Notes under the pieces: generated by a model
The model's input: only the letters and a program-made list of their open reading frames with translations
Databases searched by the model: none
Told to the model about the DNA's origin: nothing
NCBI GenBank assembly: GCA_038496445.1
Contig: JALMLS010000416.1
Location: 1 to 64,000 of the forward strand
Length of the DNA stretch: 64,000 nucleotides
Source: Trichosphaerium sp. ATCC 40318
Taxonomy: Eukaryota; Protista; Tubulinea
Direction of reading: 5' to 3'
In this document: positions 62,891-64,000 of the stretch, piece by piece
How positions within the stretch are numbered: the first letter of the stretch is position 1
Layout: each line of letters opens with the position of its first letter
Program-made: the position numbers and the translations under genes

Positions 62891-64000
62891 ATGGCTGCCT
62901 CAAATCAAAGTGGAAATGTTGCACCTATTGTAAAGCAAAGAACTATTAACGCAGACGGTACAGTTGGAGAAAATACCTTAATAGAGAGCCTGGACGCCCT
63001 TTCATTGTCTTTCTGCCTTCTAGCAGCGTCTGACGACGCTATTTTAGGCGTTCTAAGCTTCCTCGACTTAGAAACGCTTTATGCAACGTCTACTACTTGC
63101 GCACGCCTAAACACACTTGCTAGATACCAAATATCGCTCTTGCCATCGATTCCACAGTATACTATTAAAGATCAAATGCAGGGATTGATGGAATTTACTT
63201 TTTCTCAACCTCTGGACAAGGATGCAATCTACACGCTCCATGTCTCAGGAGTACCTATTACATATAACAAGGAAGAAGGCTACACCATTTTGCCCGTTGA
63301 TGAGAGACCTAGTTGTTATGACGCTATAAGTGAAGGTACAATACTGTTCACTTCAAAATCACTAAAGAAAGGGCTTCCTGGGAATGAAACTGTTTATGAA
63401 ATTAATATGGGCGGATACACAAGTACTTACATACAGTCTTTGTTGACTTTGTACTTTTCGGCAAAAAAGAAGGGTATTACAGTAAGGAGTAAACCATTTA
63501 AGACTACTCTTCAGCCTGGATATCCGTCATGCTTTGATGGAAATGCTTTGATTCATATGTCAGATGGAACTCAAAAGAGAGCGAAGTATATTGAAGTTGG
63601 TGATAAGGTTATTTCATCAAAAGATACTGTTCAAATAGTAAGAAAAGTCAGTTCTACTACAGGAAGAGTAAAAAAGTTGATGGTGAAACTTGGTGATTTT
63701 TGGATTACAAGAGGTCATCCAGTTTTCGTGAATGGTGATTGGTTCGTTGTCGTTATATCTAGCTTTGTAGTAGACATGTTTATTTTTCTTTCTTTTTTCT
63801 TCCTTTTGATGTTGCAGCGATATACTAACTCTTGGTTTAGGTTCAGACCGGATGAATTGTACCAAACCGAACTGAGAGTATCAGATGGTTTGTATAATTT
63901 TGTTCTAGATGGAGAGCATACTATACGTGTTGGCTTATCTAAAGTCTTTACGTGTTGTACACTTGGAAAATATTGTGGTGATAGATTGAGCAGTTTGTAT
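62891..64000 (+). CDS. F-box + Hint (Vint/Hedgehog-intein-like) autoprocessing domain protein; runs off window end
   Basis: Open frame from ATG 62891 to the window end. F-box: LLAASDDAILGVLSFLDLETLYATSTTCARLNTLA. Hint starts at Cys 63530: CFDGNALIHMSDGTQKRAKYIEVGDKV...WITRGHPV...W|FRP...LYNFVLDGEHTIRV...CCTLG. There is an in-frame 99-nt intron at 63742-63840. Confidence 0.82.
   Translation, partial: MAASNQSGNVAPIVKQRTINADGTVGENTLIESLDALSLSFCLLAASDDAILGVLSFLDLETLYATSTTCARLNTLARYQISLLPSIPQYTIKDQMQGLMEFTFSQPLDKDAIYTLHVSGVPITYNKEEGYTILPVDERPSCYDAISEGTILFTSKSLKKGLPGNETVYEINMGGYTSTYIQSLLTLYFSAKKKGITVRSKPFKTTLQPGYPSCFDGNALIHMSDGTQKRAKYIEVGDKVISSKDTVQIVRKVSSTTGRVKKLMVKLGDFWITRGHPVFVNGDWFVVVISSFVVDMFIFLSFFFLLMLQRYTNSWFRFRPDELYQTELRVSDGLYNFVLDGEHTIRVGLSKVFTCCTLGKYCGDRLSSLY

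Overview
This is AT-rich, gene-dense, intron-rich eukaryotic genomic DNA. Introns are short GT-AG with GTACGT/GTAAG/GTATG donors and CTAA[CT] branch points, plus a few GC-AG introns. The gene content (Roco kinase, PAK-like kinase, PKD2 channel, mucin-like surface proteins) suggests an amoeboid protist such as an amoebozoan; this is inference. The supplied ORFs are mostly exon fragments, so I spliced the genes by hand and boundaries are approximate. The first 2.6 kb is gene-free and holds a gag-like ORF, a 45-bp minisatellite with a GCTTCGC core, and TTAGGG/CCCTAA motifs in both orientations. About 20 genes follow, in order: ZZ-ZZ-GNAT, SAM-LRR-Roc-COR-kinase-WD40 Roco, PAK-like kinase, PKD2-like channel, cytidine deaminase-Rab fusion, putative mitochondrial BRCT protein, GPI-type surface protein, CTR9, RPS20, eIF4B, Ser/Thr kinase, reprolysin-like protease, ELF1, mitochondrial IF3, COG1, C2 protein, Cys-rich protein, ankyrin-PARP-like ART, mucin-like membrane protein, ankyrin-F-box-pseudo-Rab, and an F-box-Hint gene that runs off the window end and is missing from the ORF track. 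The most notable items are the cytidine deaminase-Rab GTPase fusion and the F-box-Hint (Vint-type autoprocessing) protein.
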